Part shown: positions 16,720-24,920 of the stretch, piece after piece | How positions within the stretch are numbered: position 1 is the stretch's first letter | How the letters are laid out: each line of letters starts with the position of its first letter | Source of the DNA: Candidatus Aminicenantales bacterium | GTDB taxonomy: Bacteria > Acidobacteriota > Aminicenantia > Aminicenantales > Saccharicenantaceae | Direction of reading: 5' to 3' | NCBI GenBank assembly: GCA_049513915.1 | Contig: JBEKVN010000013.1 | Coordinates: forward strand, 78,265 to 142,264 | Length of the DNA: 64,000 nt | The notes under the pieces: generated by a model | What the model saw: the letters and a program-made list of their open reading frames with translations, nothing else | Told to the model about the DNA's origin: nothing | The model's database searches: none | Program-made: the position numbers and the translations under genes

Positions 16720-17375
16720 CTGGCAGCCGGCGGCTTATAGATGAAGTCAACGGCTATACCCTCTCCGCCGTCGGCGGTCACGCCCCAAACCTGGTAGAGA
16801 TAGGAGCCGCTCCGCTGAACGTGGTATTGATAATACCGGAAAGCGCCGCCGCCGACTTCCTCCAGCTTCTCGGAACCTTCCGAGATAACCCAGAGGTCCC
16901 CCCACGGAATGGGACCTAAAACATAGATCCTGTATTTCACGATGTTCAGGTCGTCGTTGACCGGGTTGGGCTCCCATGTCACCTCGTTGGTGTAATCCGC
17001 CATGGCCAGGGAACGCGTCATTAGGGTCCTGGCCGCGAAATTGAGCGGCGGAGAGAACAAGAGCCCTCCGGTGATCGTGACGTTGAGGCGAGTCAGCGGA
17101 AGGGCCTGGGCCGTGACCGTTGTCTCCTGTGACACCAACGAGACAGGAACCGGTTCGGCGGACGAAACCTGCACCTCGAGGCCGGCCGTCCCCACGAATC
17201 CGGGCAGACGCTCGATGAGGCCTTCGGATGAGGCCTTCATGAGGAGGAATCGGAGTCCCCCAAGGCCGTTTATGGTCGTCGTCCCCCCGATGAAGTAGGC
17301 CCCGTCGGCCGCGGGGAGCACGGACAGGCCATCGGACCAACGGCCCGCAACCCCATCGTTTCCGTACGTCCGCTG
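16716..17375 (-). CDS. C-terminal segment of secreted repeat protein, in frame with upstream ORF and separated only by TGA at 17376-17378
   Basis: Manual translation shows ...TPDGEIE-TGA-QRTYGNDGVAGRWSDGLSVLPAADGAYFIGG in a single frame. This segment holds a possible Ig/FN3-like domain (EVTWEPNP...KYRIYV). There is no ATG of its own; the ORF track used GTG. Confidence 0.45.
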   Translation of the reverse strand, partial: QRTYGNDGVAGRWSDGLSVLPAADGAYFIGGTTTINGLGGLRFLLMKASSEGLIERLPGFVGTAGLEVQVSSAEPVPVSLVSQETTVTAQALPLTRLNVTITGGLLFSPPLNFAARTLMTRSLAMADYTNEVTWEPNPVNDDLNIVKYRIYVLGPIPWGDLWVISEGSEKLEEVGGGAFRYYQYHVQRSGSYLYQVWGVTADGGEGIAVDFIYKPPAAR

Positions 17376-18635
17376 TCACTCGATTTCCCCGTCAGGAGTC
17401 AGCTTCGCGAGAAGAGCCCGCCCGTAATTGAATGGGGAAAAAGAATTCGTTTCGCCGGCCGCAATATAGCCTCCATCCGGCGTCTGCTGGATGGATCTGA
17501 ATCGCTCGTCGTAACTCCCGTGGTAGGTCTTTGTCCACTCGACGGCGCCCCCCGCCGAGAGTTTCATGGCCCAGGCATCCCCGTTAAACAAACTCCCGGT
17601 CTCCGCGGCGCTCCCGACCAGGATCGACCCTCCGTCGCCTGTCGGTTTGAAGGAAAGGACGCTAATACCGGACCCCTCATAGGCCGTCTGCCCTTCGATG
17701 TCGCCCGAGGACGAGAGCCGAAGGAGCAGGAGACTCGTGTCGCTTCCGCTTCCCGGAGAAAAAGCAAAGCCGCAAACAGCGTAACCGCCGTCAGACGTCT
17801 GGTAGAAGCCGGAGGGGGCTTCGTCAAGCGTCCCCCCGTAGGTCTTCTGCCAAGCCGGGTTCCCGCTCGAGTCGAGCTTGATCAGGAGGATATCCGATTC
17901 GTCCGGAATGCCGCCCCCCCCCGGGTCACCTGAACTCGCCGCGAGGAGATAGCCTCCGTCGCCTGTTTGCTGAAGGTCGGTGAAATAGTCCCGCTTGCCT
18001 TCGTGATCATATTGCCGCTGCCATTCGATGTCGCCGTTGGAAAGGAACTTGACCGCCAGTAGGCCCGACGAGTTCTCGCCGCCGGCGACGACTCCCCCGT
18101 CGCTCGTCGGATGGATGGACCGGATAAATTGAGTGTATCCCTGTCCTTTCCCCTGTCTGTAAACCCGCTGCCATTCGATCTCGCCCTCGGCGTTCACCTT
18201 CATGACGCAACTGTCATAGGATGCGGGAATTTGAGTCGATGTGTGGCCCAGCAGGAAAAGACCGCCGTCCAGGGCTGGCGACATCCGGAAGCCATAAATA
18301 ACGCCGTTGTTCGAAATGTCCATCGTCCCGGGTCTCGAATAGGTCCTGGCCCACGTCTGGCGGCTCCCGTTGACGCCGCCTCGATATGGGCCGGCCGCGC
18401 GCGTCCGCGCACTGTCCTTCTCCCGGGGCTCCGCTTTTTGGCCGGCCGGGGGCCGCTTCTGCAGGAATTCCCGTGTGTCGACGCCGCCTGGTGAGGGTTT
18501 AGAATTCGGATTTGGGAAACGGGCGTTCGAAGTCGCGGCCACTCCGGCGATCAGAAGGAAGAATAATGCCGACGATCGGACAAGGAATCCAATTCCGGGA
18601 GTTTTTTTCGTTGGCGCGTCCAAGCTCATTTTCAT
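17376..18635 (-). CDS. secreted repeat protein (N-terminal part), about 45-aa repeats with DGGY/GDIEWQ motifs
   Basis: N-terminal hydrophobic signal/anchor. Repeats TSDGGYAV, TGDGGYLL, TPDGGYIA, NGDIEWQRQY, GEIEWQRVY, SGDIEGQ. Ends at a TGA that is in frame with the next ORF. Confidence 0.6.
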   Translation of the reverse strand: MKMSLDAPTKKTPGIGFLVRSSALFFLLIAGVAATSNARFPNPNSKPSPGGVDTREFLQKRPPAGQKAEPREKDSARTRAAGPYRGGVNGSRQTWARTYSRPGTMDISNNGVIYGFRMSPALDGGLFLLGHTSTQIPASYDSCVMKVNAEGEIEWQRVYRQGKGQGYTQFIRSIHPTSDGGVVAGGENSSGLLAVKFLSNGDIEWQRQYDHEGKRDYFTDLQQTGDGGYLLAASSGDPGGGGIPDESDILLIKLDSSGNPAWQKTYGGTLDEAPSGFYQTSDGGYAVCGFAFSPGSGSDTSLLLLRLSSSGDIEGQTAYEGSGISVLSFKPTGDGGSILVGSAAETGSLFNGDAWAMKLSAGGAVEWTKTYHGSYDERFRSIQQTPDGGYIAAGETNSFSPFNYGRALLAKLTPDGEIE

Positions 18636-18800
18636 CCTCTCCCCCGGCCGAATTCGCGGCCGCTCGTTTCAACCCCTGGATACTATCAATCTAGGTTCCC
18701 GGCCCGCCGTTGTCAATGTCCGGCTTCGACAGGGAGAAAATCCCTCTTTTCTTCGCTCGCATTTTGTTATAAAACTGAGCCCGAGAAGAGGTGCCCGCCC

Positions 18801-20129
18801 ATGAACGATAACGCATCCAACGCCGCGTCTCCTCCCGCTCCGCATGCCGGGCCCGCGTCCGCCGCGCCGCCCGCCCGCCACTACGGGATGGTCGCCTTGA
18901 TCTTCCTGACCTTCTTCGTCATCTCGCTCCTGACCAACATCATCGGCCCGCTGGTCCCCGATATCATCAAGAGCTTCGAGCTCAGCCTGACCCTGGTCGC
19001 GCTTCTCCCCTTCGCCTTCTTCATCGCCTACGGATTCATGTCCATCCCGGCCGGCATGCTCCTCGAGAAAACCCGGGAAAAGCCGGTCATGATCGCCGCC
19101 TTCACGCTGGCCTTCGCGGGGGCCATGCTTTTTTCGCTTTTCCCCCGCTACGCGACGGCCATCCTGTCGCTTTTCTTGATCGGGGCCGGCATGGCCGCCC
19201 TCCAGGTGGCCATCAACCCGCTCCTCCGCGTCTCGGGCGGCGAGGAGCATTTCGCCTTCAACTCGGTCATGGCCCAGCTCGTCTTCGGCGGGGCCTCCTT
19301 CCTCAGCCCGTACATCTATTCCTATTTCGTCCGGAACCTGGGCCAGCCCGGCGGCGAGGGCAAGCCGCTCGTCGGCCTGATGTCGAAGCTCGTGCCGGCG
19401 TCGCTCCCCTGGGTATCCGTGTACTGGGTGTTCGCGGTCCTCGTCATCGTGATGATCGCGGTTTTGGCCCTCGCGCGCTTCCCGCTCGTTGTCAAAAAGG
19501 AGGAGGAGCGGGCCGGCGCCTGGGCCACGCACAAAGCGCTCTTTAAGAACAAGGTTGTCCTGCTTTACTTCCTGGGGATCTTCACCTACGTCGGTACGGA
19601 GCAGGGCGTCGCCAACTGGATCTCCCAGTTCCTCGTGACCTACCACAAGTACGATCCTCAGACCATCGGGGCGAGCAAGGTGTCCCTCTTCTGGGGCATG
19701 ATGACGATCGGCGGGATCCTCGGCCTCGTCCTCCTCAAGCTCTTCGACAGCCGGAAGGTCCTGGTCGGGTTCGCGGCCGCGGCCATCGTCTTCTTGACCC
19801 TGGCCCTTTTCGGGCCGGGACCGTTGGCCCTGGTCATGTTCCCGCTCATGGGATTCGCCGCCTCGGTCATGTGGCCCATCATTTTCTCCCTGGCCCTGAA
19901 CTCGGTCTCGAGCCACCACGGCTCCTTCTCCGGGATTCTCTGCACGGGCATCATCGGGGGGGCCCTCGTGCCGCTCGTCATCGGCCGCCTCGGTGACACA
20001 TACGGTCTCCGCCAGGGCATGTTCTTCCTGTACCTGACCCTTGGCTACATCCTGAGCATCGGACTCTGGGCGAAACCGATCATCCTCAACGAAACGATCG
20101 CCCGAAAAAGACAGAGGGAGGCCGCGTGA
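18801..20129 (+). CDS. MFS sugar transporter (FucP / glucose-galactose transporter family)
   Basis: 12 predicted TM helices with MFS signature. Stop overlaps the ROK kinase start. Confidence 0.75.
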   Translation: MNDNASNAASPPAPHAGPASAAPPARHYGMVALIFLTFFVISLLTNIIGPLVPDIIKSFELSLTLVALLPFAFFIAYGFMSIPAGMLLEKTREKPVMIAAFTLAFAGAMLFSLFPRYATAILSLFLIGAGMAALQVAINPLLRVSGGEEHFAFNSVMAQLVFGGASFLSPYIYSYFVRNLGQPGGEGKPLVGLMSKLVPASLPWVSVYWVFAVLVIVMIAVLALARFPLVVKKEEERAGAWATHKALFKNKVVLLYFLGIFTYVGTEQGVANWISQFLVTYHKYDPQTIGASKVSLFWGMMTIGGILGLVLLKLFDSRKVLVGFAAAAIVFLTLALFGPGPLALVMFPLMGFAASVMWPIIFSLALNSVSSHHGSFSGILCTGIIGGALVPLVIGRLGDTYGLRQGMFFLYLTLGYILSIGLWAKPIILNETIARKRQREAA

Positions 20130-20980
20130 GCCAGGACGCCGTCATCGGGATCGACCTCGGAGGAACGAACGTCCGGGCCGGGCTGGTTGTCGGCGGCCGC
20201 CTGGCCGAAGTCCGCTCCGTCCCCGTCCGGAGCCAGGGCACGGAGCGCGACGTCCTCGAGGACATGTTCAGCGCCGTTGATGCGGTTATGCGGAAGGATG
20301 TCGCCGGAATCGGGGCCGGCGTCCCCTCGGTCATCGACCTCAAGAAAGGGGTCGTTTACGACGTCCAGAATATCCGCTCCTGGAAAAAGGTCCCGCTCAA
20401 GACCAACCTCGAGGAGCGCTACCATCTGCCGGCCTACGTCAACAACGACGCCAACTGCTTCGCCGCGGGCGAAAAATATTTCGGCAAGGCCAAGCCCTAC
20501 GATCACGCCGTCGGCCTGATCATCGGGACGGGCCTCGGGGCCGGGATCATCGCCAACGGGCGGCTCTACTCGGGGATCAACTGCGGGGCCGGCGAATTCG
20601 GCATGCTCCCCTACCTCGACCGGAATTTCGAGGCCTACGCCAGCGGCCAGTTCTTCGAGCGCGTCCACGGCACGAGCGGCCGCGAGATGGCCGGCCGGGC
20701 GGAGCGCGGCGACCAGCGGGCCCTCGACATCTTCGCGGAATTCGGCATCCACGTCGGCGAGGCCGTCAAGGCCATCTGCTACGCGGTCGACCCCGAGGTC
20801 ATCGTTCTGGGCGGCTCGATCAGCAGATCCTTCCGCTTTTTCCGCGAATCCCTATGGACGACATTCCAGACGTTCGCCTATTCCATCACGAAGGAGCGTC
20901 TGAAGATCGAAGTCTCCGAGACCGAAAATATCGCCATCCTGGGCGCCGCCGCCCTCTATTACGACGCGCTGGCGAAATAG
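20126..20980 (+). CDS. ROK-family sugar kinase (glucokinase/N-acetylglucosamine kinase-like)
   Basis: N-terminal GIDLGGTNVRAGLV ATP-binding motif and ROK consensus region. Confidence 0.8.
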   Translation: MSQDAVIGIDLGGTNVRAGLVVGGRLAEVRSVPVRSQGTERDVLEDMFSAVDAVMRKDVAGIGAGVPSVIDLKKGVVYDVQNIRSWKKVPLKTNLEERYHLPAYVNNDANCFAAGEKYFGKAKPYDHAVGLIIGTGLGAGIIANGRLYSGINCGAGEFGMLPYLDRNFEAYASGQFFERVHGTSGREMAGRAERGDQRALDIFAEFGIHVGEAVKAICYAVDPEVIVLGGSISRSFRFFRESLWTTFQTFAYSITKERLKIEVSETENIAILGAAALYYDALAK

Positions 20981-20997
20981 GCCGTTGGAGTCATGAA

Positions 20998-21879
20998 ATG
21001 ATCAGACCTCATCAGAAACCGCTCCGGCCGGTCTGCGCCGCAGGGATCCTCGCCCTGTTGACATTCGCCGCCTGGGATCCGGCCCCTGCCCGGGCCGAAA
21101 GCAAGGGTCTCCTCGGCCCGTGGAAGGCCACGGCGGAATTGAGCTTCGTCGTCACCGGGGGCAACACGGCCACCGCGGCCTTCAGCCTCGCCAACACGCT
21201 CAAGCGGAGCTGGGAGAAGGACGCCCTGACCGTCAAGACCTACCTTCTGAGCAGCCATGCGACGACCATCACGAGGACCGCCGTCGGCACCGAAACGGAT
21301 TTCAGCGTCATCGAGCAGAAAACCGAGCGCCTGGTGGCCGAGAACTTTCTCGTGTCGGGAATGTATGACCACCGCCTCTCCAAGAAGGTGGTCCTCCAGG
21401 TCGGCCTCGGCTGGGACCGCAACCGGTTCGCGGGCCTCGCCAGCCGGGTCATATTCACGGCCGGCACGGGCTACGCCTGGATCGAAACGGACCGGACGCA
21501 GTTCAAGACCGACGGCGCCATGACGTACACCCTTCGCAAGTACTTCGGCCAGCCGGCCACGTCGTTCGCCGGTTTCCGGGCGATCGCCACCTTCGAGCAA
21601 AAGCTCTTCGACTCGTCCGCTTTCGCCAGCCAGTTCATCTTCGACGAAAACCTGAAGAGGACGGTCGATTGGCGTTACGACTGGACGAACTCCGTGACCG
21701 CCTCCATCTCCAAGTCCCTGGCGCTCAAGACGAGCGTCCGGCTTCTGCACGCCCACTTGCCTGCGAACGAAGCCGTCCCGCTCTTTGATCCCGAGGGCCT
21801 CCCGACAGGCCTGACCGTTCCGGTCCCGCTGAAGAAAGTCGACACGCTCTTCACGACCTCGATCGTCATCAACTTTTAG
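20998..21879 (+). CDS. DUF481-family outer-membrane beta-barrel protein
   Basis: Start MIRPHQK carries a signal peptide (ILALLTFAAWDPAPARA). Beta-barrel pattern, C-terminal Phe (VINF). The longer ORF from 20854 overlaps the ROK gene and was rejected. Confidence 0.6.
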   Translation: MIRPHQKPLRPVCAAGILALLTFAAWDPAPARAESKGLLGPWKATAELSFVVTGGNTATAAFSLANTLKRSWEKDALTVKTYLLSSHATTITRTAVGTETDFSVIEQKTERLVAENFLVSGMYDHRLSKKVVLQVGLGWDRNRFAGLASRVIFTAGTGYAWIETDRTQFKTDGAMTYTLRKYFGQPATSFAGFRAIATFEQKLFDSSAFASQFIFDENLKRTVDWRYDWTNSVTASISKSLALKTSVRLLHAHLPANEAVPLFDPEGLPTGLTVPVPLKKVDTLFTTSIVINF

Positions 21880-21894
21880 AGCGGCCGGGAGGTC

Positions 21895-21975
21895 ATAACG
21901 GTGACACATAACTAAATACACTAAATAGGGATATGCGTCTATTTCGGTAATGAGTTATATGTCACCGAAATCAAC
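21895..21975. repeat. AT-rich palindromic intergenic element, family A copy 2
   Basis: CGGTGACACATAACTAAATACACTAAATAGGGA...CTATTTCGGTAATGAGTTATATGTCACCGAAAT. Roughly 85% identical to 5596-5677 with the same arm/core layout. Confidence 0.6.
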
Positions 21976-22072
21976 CGGACCGGGTTTGACCGGGCCCGGG
22001 ATTCTTAGTAAAATACTAAGGAATGATGATCGACTTTAGCGGGAAGAGTCTCACAGGAGGAAGGGGGGTGTC

Positions 22073-22504
22073 ATGAAAAAACGATACTGGCGCTGCAACA
22101 TCTGCAACGACGTTCACTACGGAATCGCCCCGCCCGAGCTTTGCCCGACGTGCCAGGCGCTGAACGCCTACGCCGAGATCACGGCCGATGAAGCTCGCAA
22201 GTTCCTGGGCGGCGGCCCCGACGTGACCTTCACGCCGGCCGATTTCCGGCAGGCCATCGAACGGTTCACCTCCGGGAACGAGTTCATGGTCAACCCGGAC
22301 CCGGGCAAGGTCGAAACCCTGGTCGAGGGGATCTTCGAGAATGAGAAAAACCACGGGTTCAAATACTGCCCTTGCCGCCTGCGCACCAAGGACTGGGAAG
22401 AGGATTTGAAACTCGTCTGCCCCTGCAACTTCAAGATCCACGAAACCTATCGCGGACTTCCGAACGGCGAATGCTGGTGCGGACTCTTTGTCAGGAGGAC
22501 ATAA
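22073..22504 (+). CDS. rubredoxin-like domain fused to ferredoxin:thioredoxin reductase catalytic-subunit-like domain
   Basis: N-terminal CxxC...CPxC rubredoxin knuckles (RCNICNDVHYG...CPTCQA). C-terminal CPC-x14-CPC-x15-CWC resembles the FTR catalytic CPC..CPC..CHC arrangement. RBS AGGAGG. Confidence 0.6.
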   Translation: MKKRYWRCNICNDVHYGIAPPELCPTCQALNAYAEITADEARKFLGGGPDVTFTPADFRQAIERFTSGNEFMVNPDPGKVETLVEGIFENEKNHGFKYCPCRLRTKDWEEDLKLVCPCNFKIHETYRGLPNGECWCGLFVRRT

Positions 22505-22785
22505 TGGCTCGACTGCTGATGTTCCACGGGCGGGAATGCCCCCACTGCAAAAAGATGATGGCGGTCGTCGAACAGCTCGAAAAAGAGATGGGCATCGTCT
22601 TCGAAAAGCTCGAGATCTGGCACGACGAGAAAAACGCCGACCTGATGAGGTCCTACAAGCCGGTCATCGCGCCAAAGTGCGGCGGCCAGCTGCGGGTCCC
22701 GACGTTTCTGAACGTCGATACGAGCGACGTCATTTGCGGCGAGGTCGAGCCCGACAAGCTCAAGGCCTGGCTCGAGAAGAAATAG
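22504..22785 (+). CDS. small thioredoxin-fold protein (CPHC active site; Trx/Grx-like)
   Basis: 93 aa, CPHC motif at residues 12-15. Start ATG overlaps the upstream stop (TAATG). Longer ORF-track alternative from 22372 rejected. Confidence 0.6.
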   Translation: MARLLMFHGRECPHCKKMMAVVEQLEKEMGIVFEKLEIWHDEKNADLMRSYKPVIAPKCGGQLRVPTFLNVDTSDVICGEVEPDKLKAWLEKK

Positions 22786-22867
22786 CCTCGCCCCTCGCGG
22801 GGCCGGGGCGGCGGCGCCGGAAGTTTCGTCCGGCGGGCTCCAGGAATCGGGGCGAATCGGGGGACGA

Positions 22868-23947
22868 ATGATCGAACGCTTTGACCCGCTCAAGGGGGAA
22901 AGGCTCCAGATTCTTGACGAGGCGGGCGAGGTTCGCGCCGGACTCGAGCCGGCCCTGCCCGGCGAGGCCCTGCGCAAGATGTATGCGCATATGGTCCTCG
23001 CCCGGGCCGCCGACGCCAAGGCGCTCAAGCTCCAGCGCCAGGGGCGGCTGGGGACGTACGCGTCGAGCCGCGGGCACGAGGCCTGCCAGGTCGGCACGGC
23101 CTCGGCCATGGACGGGCCGGATTGGCTCTTCCCCTACTTCCGCGACCTGGGGACCTACATCACGCTCGGCTATCCGCTCGAGGATTACTTCCATTACTGG
23201 ATGGGGAACGAAGCGGGAATCCGGACGCCAGAGGGCCTGAATATTTATTCCTTCGCCATTCCCGTGGCTTCTCAGATCCTCCACGCCGTCGGCGCCGGGA
23301 TGGCCGCCAATTACCGGAAACTCCAGATTGCCGTGGTCGCGACGTTCGGGGACGGGGCGACCTCCGAGGGCGATTTCCACGAGGCCATGAATTTCGCCGG
23401 CGTCTTCAAGACGCCGAACGTTTTCGTGTGCTACAACAACCAGTTCGCGATCTCGGTCCCGCGGAGCCGGCAGACGGCCTCTGCGACCATCGCCCAGAAG
23501 GCCGCCGCCTACGGCTTCCGCGGCGTTCAGGTCGACGGCAACGATATTCTGGCCGTGTACGCGGCCGCCAAAGAAGCCGCGCAGAACGCCCGGAGCGGCG
23601 GCGGCCCGACCCTGATCGAGGCCTACACTTACCGGATGGGCGACCATACGACGTCGGACGACGCCGCGCGCTACCGGACCAAGGACGAGGTCCTCGCGTG
23701 GGAGAAGAAGGACCCGGTCGCCAGGTTCCAAATCTACCTAAAGAACAAGGGCATCTGGGACGGGGCCTATGAAAAAGAGGTCCAGGACAAGGCCGCGGAG
23801 TTGGTGGAAAAGGCCGTCGCGGCGGCTGAGGCGAAGCCGCCCGCTTCGGTCGAAGACCTCTTCGCCTTCACCTACGCCGCGATGACGCCGAACCTCAAGG
23901 AGCAGCTGGCCGGGGTCGAGCCTTCCGACAAGGAGGCCGCCCGATGA
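22868..23947 (+). CDS. 2-oxoacid dehydrogenase E1 component alpha subunit (TPP-dependent; PDH/BCKDH/acetoin DH type)
   Basis: TPP-binding region GDGATSEGDFHEAMNFAG...YNNQ typical of E1 alpha. Confidence 0.85.
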   Translation: MIERFDPLKGERLQILDEAGEVRAGLEPALPGEALRKMYAHMVLARAADAKALKLQRQGRLGTYASSRGHEACQVGTASAMDGPDWLFPYFRDLGTYITLGYPLEDYFHYWMGNEAGIRTPEGLNIYSFAIPVASQILHAVGAGMAANYRKLQIAVVATFGDGATSEGDFHEAMNFAGVFKTPNVFVCYNNQFAISVPRSRQTASATIAQKAAAYGFRGVQVDGNDILAVYAAAKEAAQNARSGGGPTLIEAYTYRMGDHTTSDDAARYRTKDEVLAWEKKDPVARFQIYLKNKGIWDGAYEKEVQDKAAELVEKAVAAAEAKPPASVEDLFAFTYAAMTPNLKEQLAGVEPSDKEAAR

Positions 23948-24918
23948 TCATGACCATGGTCCAAGCCATCAACCAGGCCCTCGCCCAGGAAATGGCGAGG
24001 GACGACAGGTACCTGCTCCTCGGCGAGGACGTCGGGCGCGACGGCGGCGTCTTCAGGGCCACCGAAGGGTTGGTCGACAAGTTCGGGCCCGACCGGGTCA
24101 TCGACACGCCGCTTGCCGAATCGGCGGCCGTCGGAGTGGCGGCCGGCATGACGGCGCTCGGGCTCCGGCCCATCGTCGAGATCCAGTTCATGGGTTTCAT
24201 CTACCCGGCCTTCAACCAGATCATTTCCCACGTCGCCCGCCTGCGGAACCGGACGCGCGGCCGCTTCCCCGTCCCGCTGACCATCCGGACGCCCTACGGC
24301 GCCGGCGTCCGGGCCCTCGAGCACCACTCCGAGAGCACGGAGGCCCTGTTCTGCCAGATCCCCGGGCTGACGGTCGTTGTCCCATCGAACGCCATTGACG
24401 CCAAGGGACTGCTCATCGCGTCCCTGCGGAGCGAAGACCCCGTCCTCTTTATGGAGCCGACGAAGCTCTACCGGTCGGAAAAACAGGACGTCCCCGAGGC
24501 GGCTTACGAAGTCCCGCTGCGGCAGGCGAAAATCGTTCGGGAGGGCGCGGACCTGACCATCGTCGCCTGGGGCGCTATGGTTCCCGTAGCCATGAAGGCT
24601 GCGGAAAAGGCGGCGTCCGAGGGCGTGAGCACCGAGGTCCTGGATCTCAGGACATTGGCCCCGATGGACCGGGAAACGATCATCGCCTCGGTCAAGAAGA
24701 CCGGGCGGGCCATCGTCCTCCACGAGGCCCCGAAGACATGCGGGCTGGGCGCGGAGATCGCCGCTCTGATCGGCGAGCGGGCCCTGCTCAGCCTGAGCGC
24801 TCCGGTCATGCGCGTCACGGCGCCCGACATCACGATCCCGCTGCCCAAGAGTGAGGACTATTATTACCCGAGCCCGGAGAGACTGCTCCGCGCGATCCAC
24901 GAGATCATGGAGTTCTGA
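23944..24918 (+). CDS. 2-oxoacid dehydrogenase E1 component beta subunit
   Basis: Transketolase-like pyrimidine and C-terminal domains. Start overlaps the E1 alpha stop. Confidence 0.85.
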   Translation: MIMTMVQAINQALAQEMARDDRYLLLGEDVGRDGGVFRATEGLVDKFGPDRVIDTPLAESAAVGVAAGMTALGLRPIVEIQFMGFIYPAFNQIISHVARLRNRTRGRFPVPLTIRTPYGAGVRALEHHSESTEALFCQIPGLTVVVPSNAIDAKGLLIASLRSEDPVLFMEPTKLYRSEKQDVPEAAYEVPLRQAKIVREGADLTIVAWGAMVPVAMKAAEKAASEGVSTEVLDLRTLAPMDRETIIASVKKTGRAIVLHEAPKTCGLGAEIAALIGERALLSLSAPVMRVTAPDITIPLPKSEDYYYPSPERLLRAIHEIMEF

Positions 24919-24920
24919 TC

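Noticed and set aside
17376-17378. Selenocysteine recoding of the in-frame TGA in the repeat protein
   Set aside because: No stem-loop resembling a bacterial SECIS lies immediately 3-prime of the UGA, and no selenoprotein-type redox motif flanks the site. Kept as a pseudogene/readthrough question instead.
20854-20997. Upstream extension of the DUF481 ORF overlapping the ROK kinase gene by about 125 bp
   Set aside because: The signal peptide begins at the internal Met (MIRPHQK...), and the extension would overlap a well-supported gene. The 20998 start is preferred.
22372-22503. Longer 137-aa version of the thioredoxin-like ORF starting at 22372
   Set aside because: It would overlap the FTR-like gene in another frame. 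The ATG at 22504 overlapping the upstream stop (TAATG) gives a canonical about 93-aa Trx-fold protein with CPHC near the N-terminus.
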